From the IMG/VR virus record IMGVR_UViG_3300008255_000344, positions 1 to 30,560 of that record: a stretch of 30,560 nt of DNA; one strand, given 5' to 3'. The notes below the pieces were generated by a model, which was not told the origin of the DNA, ran no database searches, and saw only the letters and a list, made by a program, of their open reading frames with translations. Positions within the stretch are counted from its first letter, which is position 1. Each line of letters starts with the position of its first letter. The stretch is from a virus (lineage: Duplodnaviria > Caudoviricetes). This document shows positions 10,499-19,451 of the stretch, piece after piece. Both the position numbers and the translations under genes were made by a program.

Positions 10499-12873
10499 AG
10501 CGACGGGAAGGGCATGGGGATCGGGAAGGCGTTCGGGTCCTTGTGGGCGACCAGATGGGCCCTGACGTAGATGATCTTGTGCTGATCGCAGAAGCTACCC
10601 GGACCACCAGGAGCGTAGGTGAGGATCTTCTTCGCACCGAACGAACCCTTGAACTTCCCATTGAGGAAGCGCTTGTGGCTGTCCTGGGTGTAGTACCAGA
10701 AGCTGTTCTCGTTCAAGAAAGAGTTGCCCGACCAGACCATCTTGCCATTCCTGCGAGTACAGATGATGTGGTTCTTCCTCGCGGTTACGCAATAGACCTT
10801 TCCGGTGTAAGGGATTCGACTTGCCTTGTTGATATACCTGGCCTTACTACGCGAGAAGTAGATTAGGTGCATGTCGTACTTGGCCCTGTAGTCAGGATTC
10901 ACCAGCACCTGCTTGCCGACGCGGGTCTCCTTCGACCAAGTCACGCGATAACCCAGCTTGATGCCCAGCTCAAAGACATCTGATGCAAGTTGAGAGGAGA
11001 CTGTGCCATAGGCGAAACCAGTGCCTTGAAGACTTCCGTCTCCCAAGGAAAGGCCTTCGACCAACTCCTGAAGCAAAGAAGGATCAAGATCGAGAATCAT
11101 CCTTGGGATGTACTTCTGATGAGAGTGGCCCAACCTCGCCAACCAAAGAGCCAAAGGCTTACAGGAGAAGTACCACCCGAACTCATCACGAAAAGGCTCA
11201 AAGCCCAAAGAGCGGATCGTGTCTCCGATCATTTCGTATTTGACGACGTTGGACTTCTCAGACTGACAGATGCCAATCCGGTAATAGTTACCAGCTCCAT
11301 CGTCTCCATTCGTCTTGATCGTCGTGTAACCTTCCGAGATATACCACCCAAGAAAACGAACAAACTCCCTCATAGGAAGCCTCAGCGTATCCTGAGAAAA
11401 ACCCTTTTGGGGGTTAGAAAGGAGCCTCAACTTGCTGTCGGGAACCTCGAAATACTCAGGTGTTGCTCCATGGAAGATCACCTGGTGAGGAATCCTGGAG
11501 CACGACTTGCGCTCAGCTACTTCTTCGGCCTCAACGAACCTCATGGGGGTTGTTTCATCAGAAGAACCCACGAACATCCTGTGATTCGGGGTCACCAGGC
11601 AATCCACATTCCTGCCGCTGAAAGAGATCAACTGACCGTCAAAATCGTGCTCATGCACCTCGTCGATCTCGGAGATTTCTGCCTCTTCGGTCTCGGGGTT
11701 CATCGTCCACACTTTCTCGGTACCATCGAGGTCTGAGAAGAGCTTGAAGCCTTCGATCGTCAAAACCTCAGTATCTTCACCGTGACAGGTGTGGGTAGGG
11801 TCCTGGAAAGCACCGCGACCATCGGTAGAGGGCACCTCGATGAGGAGCATGCCTCCGTGTGCGAGGACGCGCCATGCCTCATTGAAGAAGTGGATCTCCT
11901 TCCCGGCAGGCATGTGTTCGACGAAATCGACCGCCCGGATGACCCCCACGCTGTTGTCCTCGAAGGGCCACCGCTCCGACAGATCTGCGACCGTGTCGAC
12001 CCCAGGCCCCTCTTCCATGTCGACGCCATGCCACTGTTCTCCAGGCTTGTTGTGGGCTGAGCCGAGATCGAGCGCAAGGAGGCCGTCCTTGGCACACCAG
12101 GTGAGGCACATGTTGAGGAGGTGCTGGTCGTAGCGCTCCCGGACGACTTCCTGGATCCTGTCGTTCTTCACCCGGTGGGTGTTCTGACCAGCCGGAAGGA
12201 AGCGGTAGTAGTAGAGGCACTCGGGGATGTGGACGAACTTCATCCCAGCCAGGTAACACCGCAGCACGAGATCATAGTCATCACCGACCTCAAGGGCTGG
12301 ATCGTGACCTCCGACCTGTTCGTAGGAGGTCTTCTTCCAGGCCCGCACGTGATTGGGAGCATGGGTGATGTCGCAGATCCAAGGGGGCCTGGCCGGAGGT
12401 GAGAAGGCCGCCTGGTACGTCCTCCCATCGGGACCCTGCACCGGTCGGTACCGCCAGCCGTAGGCCACGTTGTAGATGTGGGGAGCATGAGTACCCTCAT
12501 GGAACTCAGCGAAGTCGGTGTAGACGAAGTCGGCATCTTCCTCGACGAAGGCCTTGGCGACCATCTCCAGAGCCCTGGGATCCAAGAAGTCATCGTGGTC
12601 GAGTTCCAGAATGATGACTCCGTTGGCGAGGGCCGCCGCCTTCTTCTTCAAGGCCCCAACATTGAGACCTGAGAACTCGTGGACATCGCGGTGAACCTTC
12701 ACCCTCGGATCGTTCAGGACGGGCATCTGGCAGTTGTTGTTCGGGAGAATGATCCACTCCCAGTTGCTGTAGGTCTGAGCATCGAGGCACTTGTGGATGT
12801 CCGGGATGTAGGTCGGCTTGTGCGTCGGGGTGATCACCGAGATGAGCGGGTTCTTTTCCATGTCGTTTCGCAT
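10495..12873 (-). CDS. GT2 glycosyltransferase fused to a class I SAM methyltransferase domain, intein-containing (792 aa precursor, ~437 aa spliced)
   Basis: PLISVITPTH, ELDHDD (DxD) and GDDYDLVLR (GT2); LDLGS, DLSERWPFEDNS, WRVLAHGG and FQDPTH...NENSFWYY (methyltransferase). Confidence 0.9.
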   Translation of the reverse strand: MRNDMEKNPLISVITPTHKPTYIPDIHKCLDAQTYSNWEWIILPNNNCQMPVLNDPRVKVHRDVHEFSGLNVGALKKKAAALANGVIILELDHDDFLDPRALEMVAKAFVEEDADFVYTDFAEFHEGTHAPHIYNVAYGWRYRPVQGPDGRTYQAAFSPPARPPWICDITHAPNHVRAWKKTSYEQVGGHDPALEVGDDYDLVLRCYLAGMKFVHIPECLYYYRFLPAGQNTHRVKNDRIQEVVRERYDQHLLNMCLTWCAKDGLLALDLGSAHNKPGEQWHGVDMEEGPGVDTVADLSERWPFEDNSVGVIRAVDFVEHMPAGKEIHFFNEAWRVLAHGGMLLIEVPSTDGRGAFQDPTHTCHGEDTEVLTIEGFKLFSDLDGTEKVWTMNPETEEAEISEIDEVHEHDFDGQLISFSGRNVDCLVTPNHRMFVGSSDETTPMRFVEAEEVAERKSCSRIPHQVIFHGATPEYFEVPDSKLRLLSNPQKGFSQDTLRLPMREFVRFLGWYISEGYTTIKTNGDDGAGNYYRIGICQSEKSNVVKYEMIGDTIRSLGFEPFRDEFGWYFSCKPLALWLARLGHSHQKYIPRMILDLDPSLLQELVEGLSLGDGSLQGTGFAYGTVSSQLASDVFELGIKLGYRVTWSKETRVGKQVLVNPDYRAKYDMHLIYFSRSKARYINKASRIPYTGKVYCVTARKNHIICTRRNGKMVWSGNSFLNENSFWYYTQDSHKRFLNGKFKGSFGAKKILTYAPGGPGSFCDQHKIIYVRAHLVAHKDPNAFPIPMPFPSL
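10723..11787 (-). mobile_element. Intein with LAGLIDADG homing endonuclease (355 aa)
   Basis: Starts CHGEDTEVLT, block B VTPNHRM, LAGLIDADG-like FLGWYISEG and LVEGLSLGDG, ends VYCVT...RRNGKMVWSGN followed by Ser+1; removal restores FQDPTHT/SFLNENSF. Confidence 0.92.
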
Positions 12874-12963
12874 CCTTTGAGGGCTTTGGAACAGAATAGG
12901 ACGCTCTGTCCTATATCAGAGTGTGCGCTGTTGCACGACCAGACAGTTTCAGGAGAACTTCTC

Positions 12964-13350
12964 ATGTCCAACAAGGGACCCCTCGTTACTGCGGGCGTTA
13001 CGCCCATCGACCTACTCGCTCCCGGAGCGGGCTTTCTCACTGCGGCTCAGGATGGCCGTGAAATCGCCTTTGAATACACCCTGCCGAACATCGACGCCGA
13101 TGGCGGTGACCTGACCGGCCTATCCAGGGTCACGGTTGGTATCGCCCCCGCCGACGAACTCGGCGGCAACCCCTTCGTCGACGTCGCCACCTTCGCGGAC
13201 GTCGTCGTCGCCACCCTCGAATTCGACGTCGAACCCGGCGGTGCGAATATCGTGGGCTCCTTCCCCGTCCTCGCCTTCGGCAAGCTGCACTACGTGTCGG
13301 CCTACGCCGAAGACGACGCCGTCGTCGCCCCCGAAGAGGGCAGCGAGTAA
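12964..13350 (+). CDS. 128-aa acidic beta-rich protein, FN3/Ig-like
   Basis: AGGAG RBS then ATG at 12964 (MSNKGPLVTAGVTP...); strong C-ending codon bias; FEYTLPNIDADGGDLTGL and YVSAYAED resemble FN3 strands. Confidence 0.7.
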   Translation: MSNKGPLVTAGVTPIDLLAPGAGFLTAAQDGREIAFEYTLPNIDADGGDLTGLSRVTVGIAPADELGGNPFVDVATFADVVVATLEFDVEPGGANIVGSFPVLAFGKLHYVSAYAEDDAVVAPEEGSE

Positions 13351-13382
13351 CCAAGCATCCCAGACTCCTTCGTGGTGGTATG

Positions 13383-13419
13383 AGAGCAGTCCCGGTTCGC
13401 CGGGGCTGCTCTTGTCTAT
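13383..13419 (+). terminator. 13-bp hairpin with TTCG loop and weak U tract (probably a leaky terminator)
   Basis: AGAGCAGTCCCGG-TTCG-CCGGGGCTGCTCT followed by TGTCTAT. Confidence 0.65.
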
Positions 13420-13449
13420 TATGGAGCAAGATTTCCAGGAGGAAATGAC

Positions 13450-13572
13450 ATGTCCAACAAAGGCCCGATCGTGAGCGTAGCTATTACACCTGTGCTGGAG
13501 CCGTGGTACGTTCGGCTCATTCAAGCCATCATCAACTTCTTCAGGTGGTTGTTCGGATGCCAGAAGAACTGA
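13450..13572 (+). CDS. 40-aa peptide with C-terminal amphipathic/hydrophobic helix; N-terminus paralogous to the 12964 gene
   Basis: AGGAGG RBS; MSNKGPIVSVAITPVLEPWYVRLIQAIINFFRWLFGCQKN; below the ORF-track length cutoff. Confidence 0.75.
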   Translation: MSNKGPIVSVAITPVLEPWYVRLIQAIINFFRWLFGCQKN

Positions 13573-13976
13573 AGCTCACCGAAGCCGGGATCTGTACTGC
13601 CTTGATCGATACCTGCATCAAGGCCATGAACACGATCCGCCCCGGCGAACAGAGCCTCAGTTTCACCGTCAGGTGCAAGAGCATCAGAAGCAAGACCCCC
13701 GAACGAATCAACGAGACTCTCAGGCAAGAAGCGATCATTGAAGAACACCCCGATGGATCAATCACTATCAGGGCCGGTAACACCTTCGCCGTAGCTGTTC
13801 CGGAGGGAGGCCGGTGGAAGGTCCAGGAGTTCTACCTGTGGGTAGAACCCCATGGTTTCCATGCCATCCATATCGAAACAAGACCACTGACCAGTGTGGG
13901 TTTCCTACCTGGTCCTCTTCAAGAATCACCCGAGCGTGAGTTGGCTCGGATCCTCTCCCTCTTCTCCCTCATCTGA
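13557..13976 (+). CDS. Hypothetical protein (139 aa)
   Basis: ATG overlaps the end of the 40-aa ORF (MPEELKLTEAG...); 51-nt convergent overlap with the phosphoesterase gene. Confidence 0.5.
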   Translation: MPEELKLTEAGICTALIDTCIKAMNTIRPGEQSLSFTVRCKSIRSKTPERINETLRQEAIIEEHPDGSITIRAGNTFAVAVPEGGRWKVQEFYLWVEPHGFHAIHIETRPLTSVGFLPGPLQESPERELARILSLFSLI

Positions 13977-14609
13977 AAGCGCGTCCGGCCAGTTCTCCAG
14001 TGGAAGATCGAACTTCCTATGGCGCATCGACGGCAGGCATACGAAGCGCGTATCGCTCATCGTCTGATCGAATGGAAGATGGAAGTGACCGAAGATCCAA
14101 AGGGAAGGTCTGAAATGCTCCCAGAGGGCCTGGAGGGCAATCTCGGAAGACTGCCTGTACTTGACTCTTCCAGTTCCCATCATGACGTGGTGGGACACAA
14201 ACTCGGGACACGTGTGGCAGATGAAGACCTCGATATTCCCGTTGTGGGCATGGGCCTTGTGGAAGTCGGCCTGGCTGATGGACTCTTCGACAAAGAAGTC
14301 CCAGGCAAGGTGCCTCGTGTGAGCATCGATCGACTCGGCCCCACCGAAGAACATGACTTTTCCGCAAACCCACGCCCTTGGAAGATAGAAGAGGCCAGGC
14401 TGGATCTTCTGTGGTGAATCCGCAGAGGTCTTCAAGGACGGGAAGTGATCGTGGTTGCCGTCGATGAAGGCCACGCGGCGACCCTCCAGAGGCTTCCACT
14501 TATCGTAGCCGGTCAGGTTGAAGTCGCCCACCTGAATAGCTCCGTCACAGAACTGACGGGCCTCCATGACCTTTCCGTGAGTATCGCCAACGACTGAAAC
14601 TATCATCAC
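13926..14609 (-). CDS. Calcineurin-like metallophosphoesterase
   Basis: GDTHG, GDFN, IDGNHD, GGAESID, HTCP and FGHFH motifs, all intact. Confidence 0.9.
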   Translation of the reverse strand: MMIVSVVGDTHGKVMEARQFCDGAIQVGDFNLTGYDKWKPLEGRRVAFIDGNHDHFPSLKTSADSPQKIQPGLFYLPRAWVCGKVMFFGGAESIDAHTRHLAWDFFVEESISQADFHKAHAHNGNIEVFICHTCPEFVSHHVMMGTGRVKYRQSSEIALQALWEHFRPSLWIFGHFHLPFDQTMSDTRFVCLPSMRHRKFDLPLENWPDALSDEGEEGEDPSQLTLG

Positions 14610-15468
14610 TGGTCCTTCGGGAAGATATTCGCGCAGAGGAAGCGGTAGGTGGCAGCGTCGACCACGTTGCCCTGGTTGAGCTTGTCTACACCAGCAGGAC
14701 GCACATCGAAGAGTCGGTGGAAGGTTTCTTCCAGGCTCTCGCCCGGCTTCTGCTCCTTCTCCAGGAGCTTCGTGATGTCGACAGTCCTGTGGACATCCAG
14801 AAGACTACCCTCGACCTTCAGCTCCTTGTGACCTGCCTGCTCTTCCACGAAGGCATGGTCAAGCTGCCCGTAGACCGTATCGATCCTCACTCCACCATTT
14901 TCTGGGAGGTCGGCATGAAGGCCGTGCCACTCGCGATCTTCTCGTTCAACTGCTTCCACACCTGATCCAGGTACTCCTCGGAATAGATGCACCCATTGCG
15001 ATTGGGAACGCCAGCCTCCAGGAGGGTTCCCTTGATCTTGACCGACTCCTTCTTCCTGGTCCACTCCAGAAAGACGCCGCGGCCATCTTCCATAAGGAAG
15101 CCACCGCGCTCCTGACGCTTCGCCTCCTTGATGACTACCACATCGATACCTTCGATAGTGGCTGCCACTTCAGCCATCGACCGGTGGACGTCTGCGATCT
15201 TGTCCGTAAGCTCCTGGTTCGCGCCGCCTTCTGAGATCACGTGCTGTTCGATGGCGTCCACGACCTCCTGGACATCGGCAAGTTCTGCTGCCGTTTCGGC
15301 CTGGGTCTTCGCCTCAAACAGCTCTCGAAGCTCTTCGGCGACTTTCTGGATGAGGGCCGAGGTCAACTCCTTGCCGGAGATCATCCTGATGCCGCACTCT
15401 TCGCCCTTCGACCGGATGATGTCGGAAATCTTGGTCCTGATGAGTTTTGCGTGATGTGTCGTGTCCAT
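14606..15468 (-). pseudogene. MazG-like/PRA-PH nucleotide pyrophosphohydrolase fused to a gp21-like prohead-protease domain, frameshifted near 14915
   Basis: KLIRTKI, KVAEELRE, ELADVQEV and KRQERGGF (MazG-like); GTLLEAGVPNRNGCIYS (gp21 N-terminus). Frame 1 stops at 14887 while the gp21-like pattern continues in the -1 frame to 14606. The 193-aa product may still be made. Confidence 0.65.
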
Positions 15469-15541
15469 ACGGGTTGTCCTTGCCTGGATTCGTCTTCGAT
15501 AGTCTATATTACCACAAACCCCTTGAAGGAGACCACCTTCC

Positions 15542-15973
15542 ATGAAAAAGAACCTCGCACTCATCCTCCCCACCCTGCTTCTCGTACTCGCCCTGGCGGG
15601 TTGCGGGATCCTCGGACTCGGTGACACCACTCCCACCGTAGTCGAACCCTCTGAAGCCGATGCTGCTCTCTACCAGCAGATCGCCGTTCTCTTCGTCACC
15701 TACTACGAGGCCGATGCCGGGCTGCCCTCCGAAACGGAGACCTCCTACAGTGCCGCGGTGACCGCCTGGTCGACCACGGGATCCACGTGGGCCACCTACA
15801 GCACGATCGCTCCTCCCTACGTCAGCTACCTCCACAATGACCTGGATATGACGCGGGACAGTGTGGACATCCGCACCGACACCGTTTTGGCCTGGAAGAT
15901 CTTCCTGGAGAACACGGCTGGACCGGCTCCGGGTGTCGTGTTCGACCCCAAGGAAACGACCTACAACCCGTAA
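15542..15973 (+). CDS. Lipoprotein (143 aa)
   Basis: AAGGAG RBS; MKK + hydrophobic stretch + lipobox LAGC. Confidence 0.8.
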   Translation: MKKNLALILPTLLLVLALAGCGILGLGDTTPTVVEPSEADAALYQQIAVLFVTYYEADAGLPSETETSYSAAVTAWSTTGSTWATYSTIAPPYVSYLHNDLDMTRDSVDIRTDTVLAWKIFLENTAGPAPGVVFDPKETTYNP

Positions 15974-16037
15974 CTCGTCGCCGAGCAACCTCGACCACCG
16001 AATCCAACGCCACTGCTACTAAGGAGCACTTACCGCC

Positions 16038-16385
16038 ATGGCACTTCAGATCCCCACCGAACAGCTCCAGGAACAGATCCTGGACTTCCTCAAGAATGAA
16101 CTCGGCGAAGCCTGGGAGAACATCCCCGAGGAACAGCGCGACCTCGTCGTCCGCGTCGCCATCAACTACGGCAAGGAGCACGTGAAGCTCGTCGTCTCGG
16201 AACTCTTCCAGGGCATCAACGTCGAAGAGACCAAGGCCAACATCGAGCAGATCAAGGCCCAGCTCCTCGCCCTCGGCGTCGCCCTCCAGGCCCAGGTCAT
16301 CCAGGCCCTCAACAAGACCATCGGTAGCGTCCTCCAGGCCCTCCTTGCCCAGATCGTCGCGGGCAATGGACCCTCCGAAGCGTAA
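16038..16385 (+). CDS. Helical hypothetical protein (115 aa), co-transcribed with the lipoprotein
   Basis: AAGGAG RBS, strong codon bias, followed by a terminator. Confidence 0.8.
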   Translation: MALQIPTEQLQEQILDFLKNELGEAWENIPEEQRDLVVRVAINYGKEHVKLVVSELFQGINVEETKANIEQIKAQLLALGVALQAQVIQALNKTIGSVLQALLAQIVAGNGPSEA

Positions 16386-16413
16386 CCCTTCGGCCATTGA
16401 CTTCCTTCGTGCA

Positions 16414-16445
16414 AAGAGCCCCAGGACTGCGGTCCTGGGGCTCTT
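16414..16445. terminator. Bidirectional intrinsic terminator
   Basis: Perfect 14-bp stem AAGAGCCCCAGGAC-TGCG-GTCCTGGGGCTCTT between convergent genes. Confidence 0.85.
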
Positions 16446-16470
16446 CTGTTTGAGATCGCGGACTGTGACT

Positions 16471-16869
16471 TCAAAGGCCGTGGATGACGAGGTTGCGTAC
16501 CCTGATCTCTTCAATGCTGGGGATTTCGTACTTCTCGATCTTCTCGTGGTCCTCCAGCATGTCCAAGAGTTTCCCCATGTACGTGGGATCCATCCAGACC
16601 GGCTTGCGCTCGAAGGTGGACCACTCATGCTCGTCTGGGCAATAACCCCTCTCTTCGATGATCGTGCAGACGATGGAGAAGATCGCCGCAGCCATCACCT
16701 GGTTGTCCCCAACACAGATGTCGGCTCTGAGAGACATTTCACCCACGCGACCAGCGCGTACCCGAACACCGAACATGACGGGGTAGAAGGCAACCTCCCA
16801 CTTACCGTCCTCGGTCTCGTGCCGGAAGAACATGGCGTTCTCGATGTGGTCGGGTACGCGCTTGAGCAC
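16471..16869 (-). CDS. Hypothetical protein (132 aa)
   Basis: GGAGG RBS and GTG start just after the ligase stop (MLKRVPDHIENAMFF...). Confidence 0.7.
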   Translation of the reverse strand: MLKRVPDHIENAMFFRHETEDGKWEVAFYPVMFGVRVRAGRVGEMSLRADICVGDNQVMAAAIFSIVCTIIEERGYCPDEHEWSTFERKPVWMDPTYMGKLLDMLEDHEKIEKYEIPSIEEIRVRNLVIHGL

Positions 16870-16873
16870 TGAA

Positions 16874-18895
16874 TCAACCTCCGTGAATTGCGGCGAAGTG
16901 TTCGGCATCCCAGATCTCGATGCCAAGGGCCAGGGCCTTGTCGGCCTTCGAGCCCGGCTCAGCGCCCACGATGACGACGTCCGTCTTCTTTGAGACGCTG
17001 CCAGCGCACTTGCCGCCGCGGGCTTCGATAAAGTCCTGGGCTTCCTTCCTGCCAATGTGCAGGGTGCCGGTGATGACGAACTTCTTCCCATCGAAGCGCT
17101 CATCACGTTCGGAGACTTCGATAGAGGTCTCCTGGGGCGTAATGCCGCAGGCCAGAAGGTCATCCACCAGGGCGTTGCCCTTGTCGCTGCGGAAGAAGGT
17201 GTAGGCCGCCCCGCTGATTGAGGGGCCGATGCCGTCGATCTTCTCCATCTCCTCGCGGCTCGCGTTGCGAATGCTGTCGAGCGTCTCGAAGTGGAGGGCG
17301 AACTCGCGGGAGACCGTCCGGCCAATCTCGGGGATACCTAGGGAGGAGATGAAGACGGCGAGGTCGGGCGTCATCTTGTCATGGAGGCGATCCCAGAGCT
17401 TCTGAGCGCTCTTCTGCCCCATCCGAGGCAAGGAGGCCAGAGCGTCCACCGAAAGGCTGTAGAGGTCTGGCAAACGCTTCACGAGGCCATGCTCGACGAG
17501 CTGCTGGCAGACCTTCTCGCCGAAGCCTTCAATGTCCATGCGGTCGCGGGAGCAGAAGTGCTGAATGCGACCAACGAGCTGGTCGGGGCAATCGGGGTTC
17601 ATGCAGATGAGGCCGGGGCCCTTGCCGTCCTGCTCGAACTCCAGAGGATCACTACAGCACGGACACACGGTCGGGGTCATGTACTTCACGATGCCGCCAG
17701 TGTGCTTGCACTCCAGCACCTGGGGGATGATCTCCCCCGCCTTCTGGACGAGCACCGAGTCGCCGTGGTGGATGTCGAACTTCCCGAACCACTCCGCGTT
17801 GTGGAGAGTGGCCCGCTGGACGGTGGTGCCGCATAGATCGGTCGGCTCGATGATGCAAACCGGGGTGACCGCGCCGGTACGACCCACCTGCCAGATGATG
17901 TTGACGACCTTGGCCCAAGCCTGCTCGGTGGCGTACTTGTAAGCCGCAGCCCACTTCGGGGCCTTGTTGCCGAGGCCGACCTGCTCGCGCAGACGGGTCT
18001 CGTTCACCTTGATAACCGCCCCATCGATCTCGAAGTCGTACTGGAGGCGACCCTGATCGATGGCCGCAATCAGCTCGACCAGACCGGCCTTCCCGGACTT
18101 GGCGACGAAGATGGGGTTGAACTTGATCTGGCCGCCCGTGGCTTCGCGCAGCTTGTCGATCATGAGGAACCACGTGTCATCCACGATGTCGGTGATACCA
18201 TGGCCGTGGCACACGAAGCGGAGGCGGCGCTTGGCGGCCTCGCGAGGATCCTTCTGCTTCAGCCCACCGGCGCAGGCGTTGCGGGGGTTCTTGAACTGGT
18301 CTTCTCCAGCCAAACGGCGCTCCTCGTTGATTTCCTCGAAATCCTTGCGGGCGATGAAAGCCTCGCCGCGAAGCTCCAGGGTTCCCTTGAAGGGAATCGT
18401 CCTGGGGACGTCGGGGGAGGTGAGTATGTTCTCAGTGATGACCTCGCCCTTCCTGCCGTTGCCGCGGGTGGCGGCGTAACGCAGGATGCCTCCCTCGTAG
18501 AGGAGAGTGACGGCAGCACCATCAACCTTGGGCTCGACTGTGTACTCGACGGGGCCGTTCGGGTTGCCATGGATCGCGTTACTGGTGCGCTTGAGGAACT
18601 TCTCCAGCTCGTCATCGTTGAAGACGTTGCCGATGGAGAGCATGCCGACCTTGTGGTCGACCTCGGGGAAACCGCCGGTCAGATCGTTGCCGACATACTG
18701 GGTGGGCGAGAGTTCGTCCCGGATGTCCGGGTACTCCTCTTCGAGCTGGTCAAGCTCGCGGATGAGTTTGTCGTAATCCAGATCGCTGATCTCGGGATCA
18801 GCGTTGCGGTAGTACAGCTCGTTGTGGCGAGCGATCTTGGAACGAAGCTCGACAACTCGGTCGAGAACGTCCTGGGGTATTGCAGTAGCTGGCAT
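16874..18895 (-). CDS. ligA: NAD-dependent DNA ligase
   Basis: YY...PEISDLDYD, EPKVDG adenylation motif, TRGNG, LRGE, NPRNA, IDGAVIK, QVGRTG, ATLHN, Zn finger, HhH repeats and C-terminal BRCT. Confidence 0.97.
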   Translation of the reverse strand: MPATAIPQDVLDRVVELRSKIARHNELYYRNADPEISDLDYDKLIRELDQLEEEYPDIRDELSPTQYVGNDLTGGFPEVDHKVGMLSIGNVFNDDELEKFLKRTSNAIHGNPNGPVEYTVEPKVDGAAVTLLYEGGILRYAATRGNGRKGEVITENILTSPDVPRTIPFKGTLELRGEAFIARKDFEEINEERRLAGEDQFKNPRNACAGGLKQKDPREAAKRRLRFVCHGHGITDIVDDTWFLMIDKLREATGGQIKFNPIFVAKSGKAGLVELIAAIDQGRLQYDFEIDGAVIKVNETRLREQVGLGNKAPKWAAAYKYATEQAWAKVVNIIWQVGRTGAVTPVCIIEPTDLCGTTVQRATLHNAEWFGKFDIHHGDSVLVQKAGEIIPQVLECKHTGGIVKYMTPTVCPCCSDPLEFEQDGKGPGLICMNPDCPDQLVGRIQHFCSRDRMDIEGFGEKVCQQLVEHGLVKRLPDLYSLSVDALASLPRMGQKSAQKLWDRLHDKMTPDLAVFISSLGIPEIGRTVSREFALHFETLDSIRNASREEMEKIDGIGPSISGAAYTFFRSDKGNALVDDLLACGITPQETSIEVSERDERFDGKKFVITGTLHIGRKEAQDFIEARGGKCAGSVSKKTDVVIVGAEPGSKADKALALGIEIWDAEHFAAIHGG

Positions 18896-18967
18896 GGTGT
18901 AACCTCGCGCAGAAGATGGTGGATGTGACCATCTCGGGCTGGCTGCGTCAAGCTATTATTTGACTAA

Positions 18968-19420
18968 TCAATTGAAGGAAGGAGCCGCCGCTGGCATTTC
19001 TTGGCACGTGGCGTTGGCTGGAGCGTCCTTCGAGTAGTCCATACCCTTGTTGGTCCCATGAGGATCATAGGCCAGATTGATCAACCGGGCCAGCTCGCCG
19101 TCTTTCTCGGTAACGGTGTCGGCGCCATGAGTGGTCAGGGTGATCTTCAGCTTGTTGCCTGGGAGTGCCTGGATCTCATGACAGCGGTGATCGAGCTTCT
19201 GCTCGGCAGCCTTGATCCTGGACTTGAAAGCGGTCCCGTATGCGGGAGAGGAAATGCTGAACTTCTTGTAGAAGTAGCAGCGCGGTTCCTTGACCATGCT
19301 GTCGCCTGCCTCAAAGCCAATCTCCCAGTCGCTGGGCAGCTTCTTGACGGCCTTGGCGACTGGGGATTCTTTCGGCTCTGTTTCGGCGAACGCCTGTTCT
19401 CTGAGGACTCGAAGACGCAA
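18968..19420 (-). CDS. Pterin-4-alpha-carbinolamine dehydratase-like protein
   Basis: AEQKLDHR...LKITLTTHGADTVTEKDGELARLIN; the usual HHP reads HRC. TTG start with AGGAGG RBS. Confidence 0.75.
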   Translation of the reverse strand: MRLRVLREQAFAETEPKESPVAKAVKKLPSDWEIGFEAGDSMVKEPRCYFYKKFSISSPAYGTAFKSRIKAAEQKLDHRCHEIQALPGNKLKITLTTHGADTVTEKDGELARLINLAYDPHGTNKGMDYSKDAPANATCQEMPAAAPSFN

Positions 19421-19444
19421 GGGGGAACCTCCTGATGACAGAGG

Positions 19445-19450
19445 TATCTA
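19445..19450 (-). promoter_or_regulatory. TAGATA motif
   Basis: 24 nt upstream of the start at 19420. Confidence 0.6.
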
Positions 19451-19451
19451 C

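Noticed and set aside
13080-13340. Apparent low-complexity (GTC/GCC/GAC) repeat or CRISPR-like region
   Set aside because: It is explained by the C-ending codon bias of the 128-aa gene; there is no repeat-spacer periodicity.
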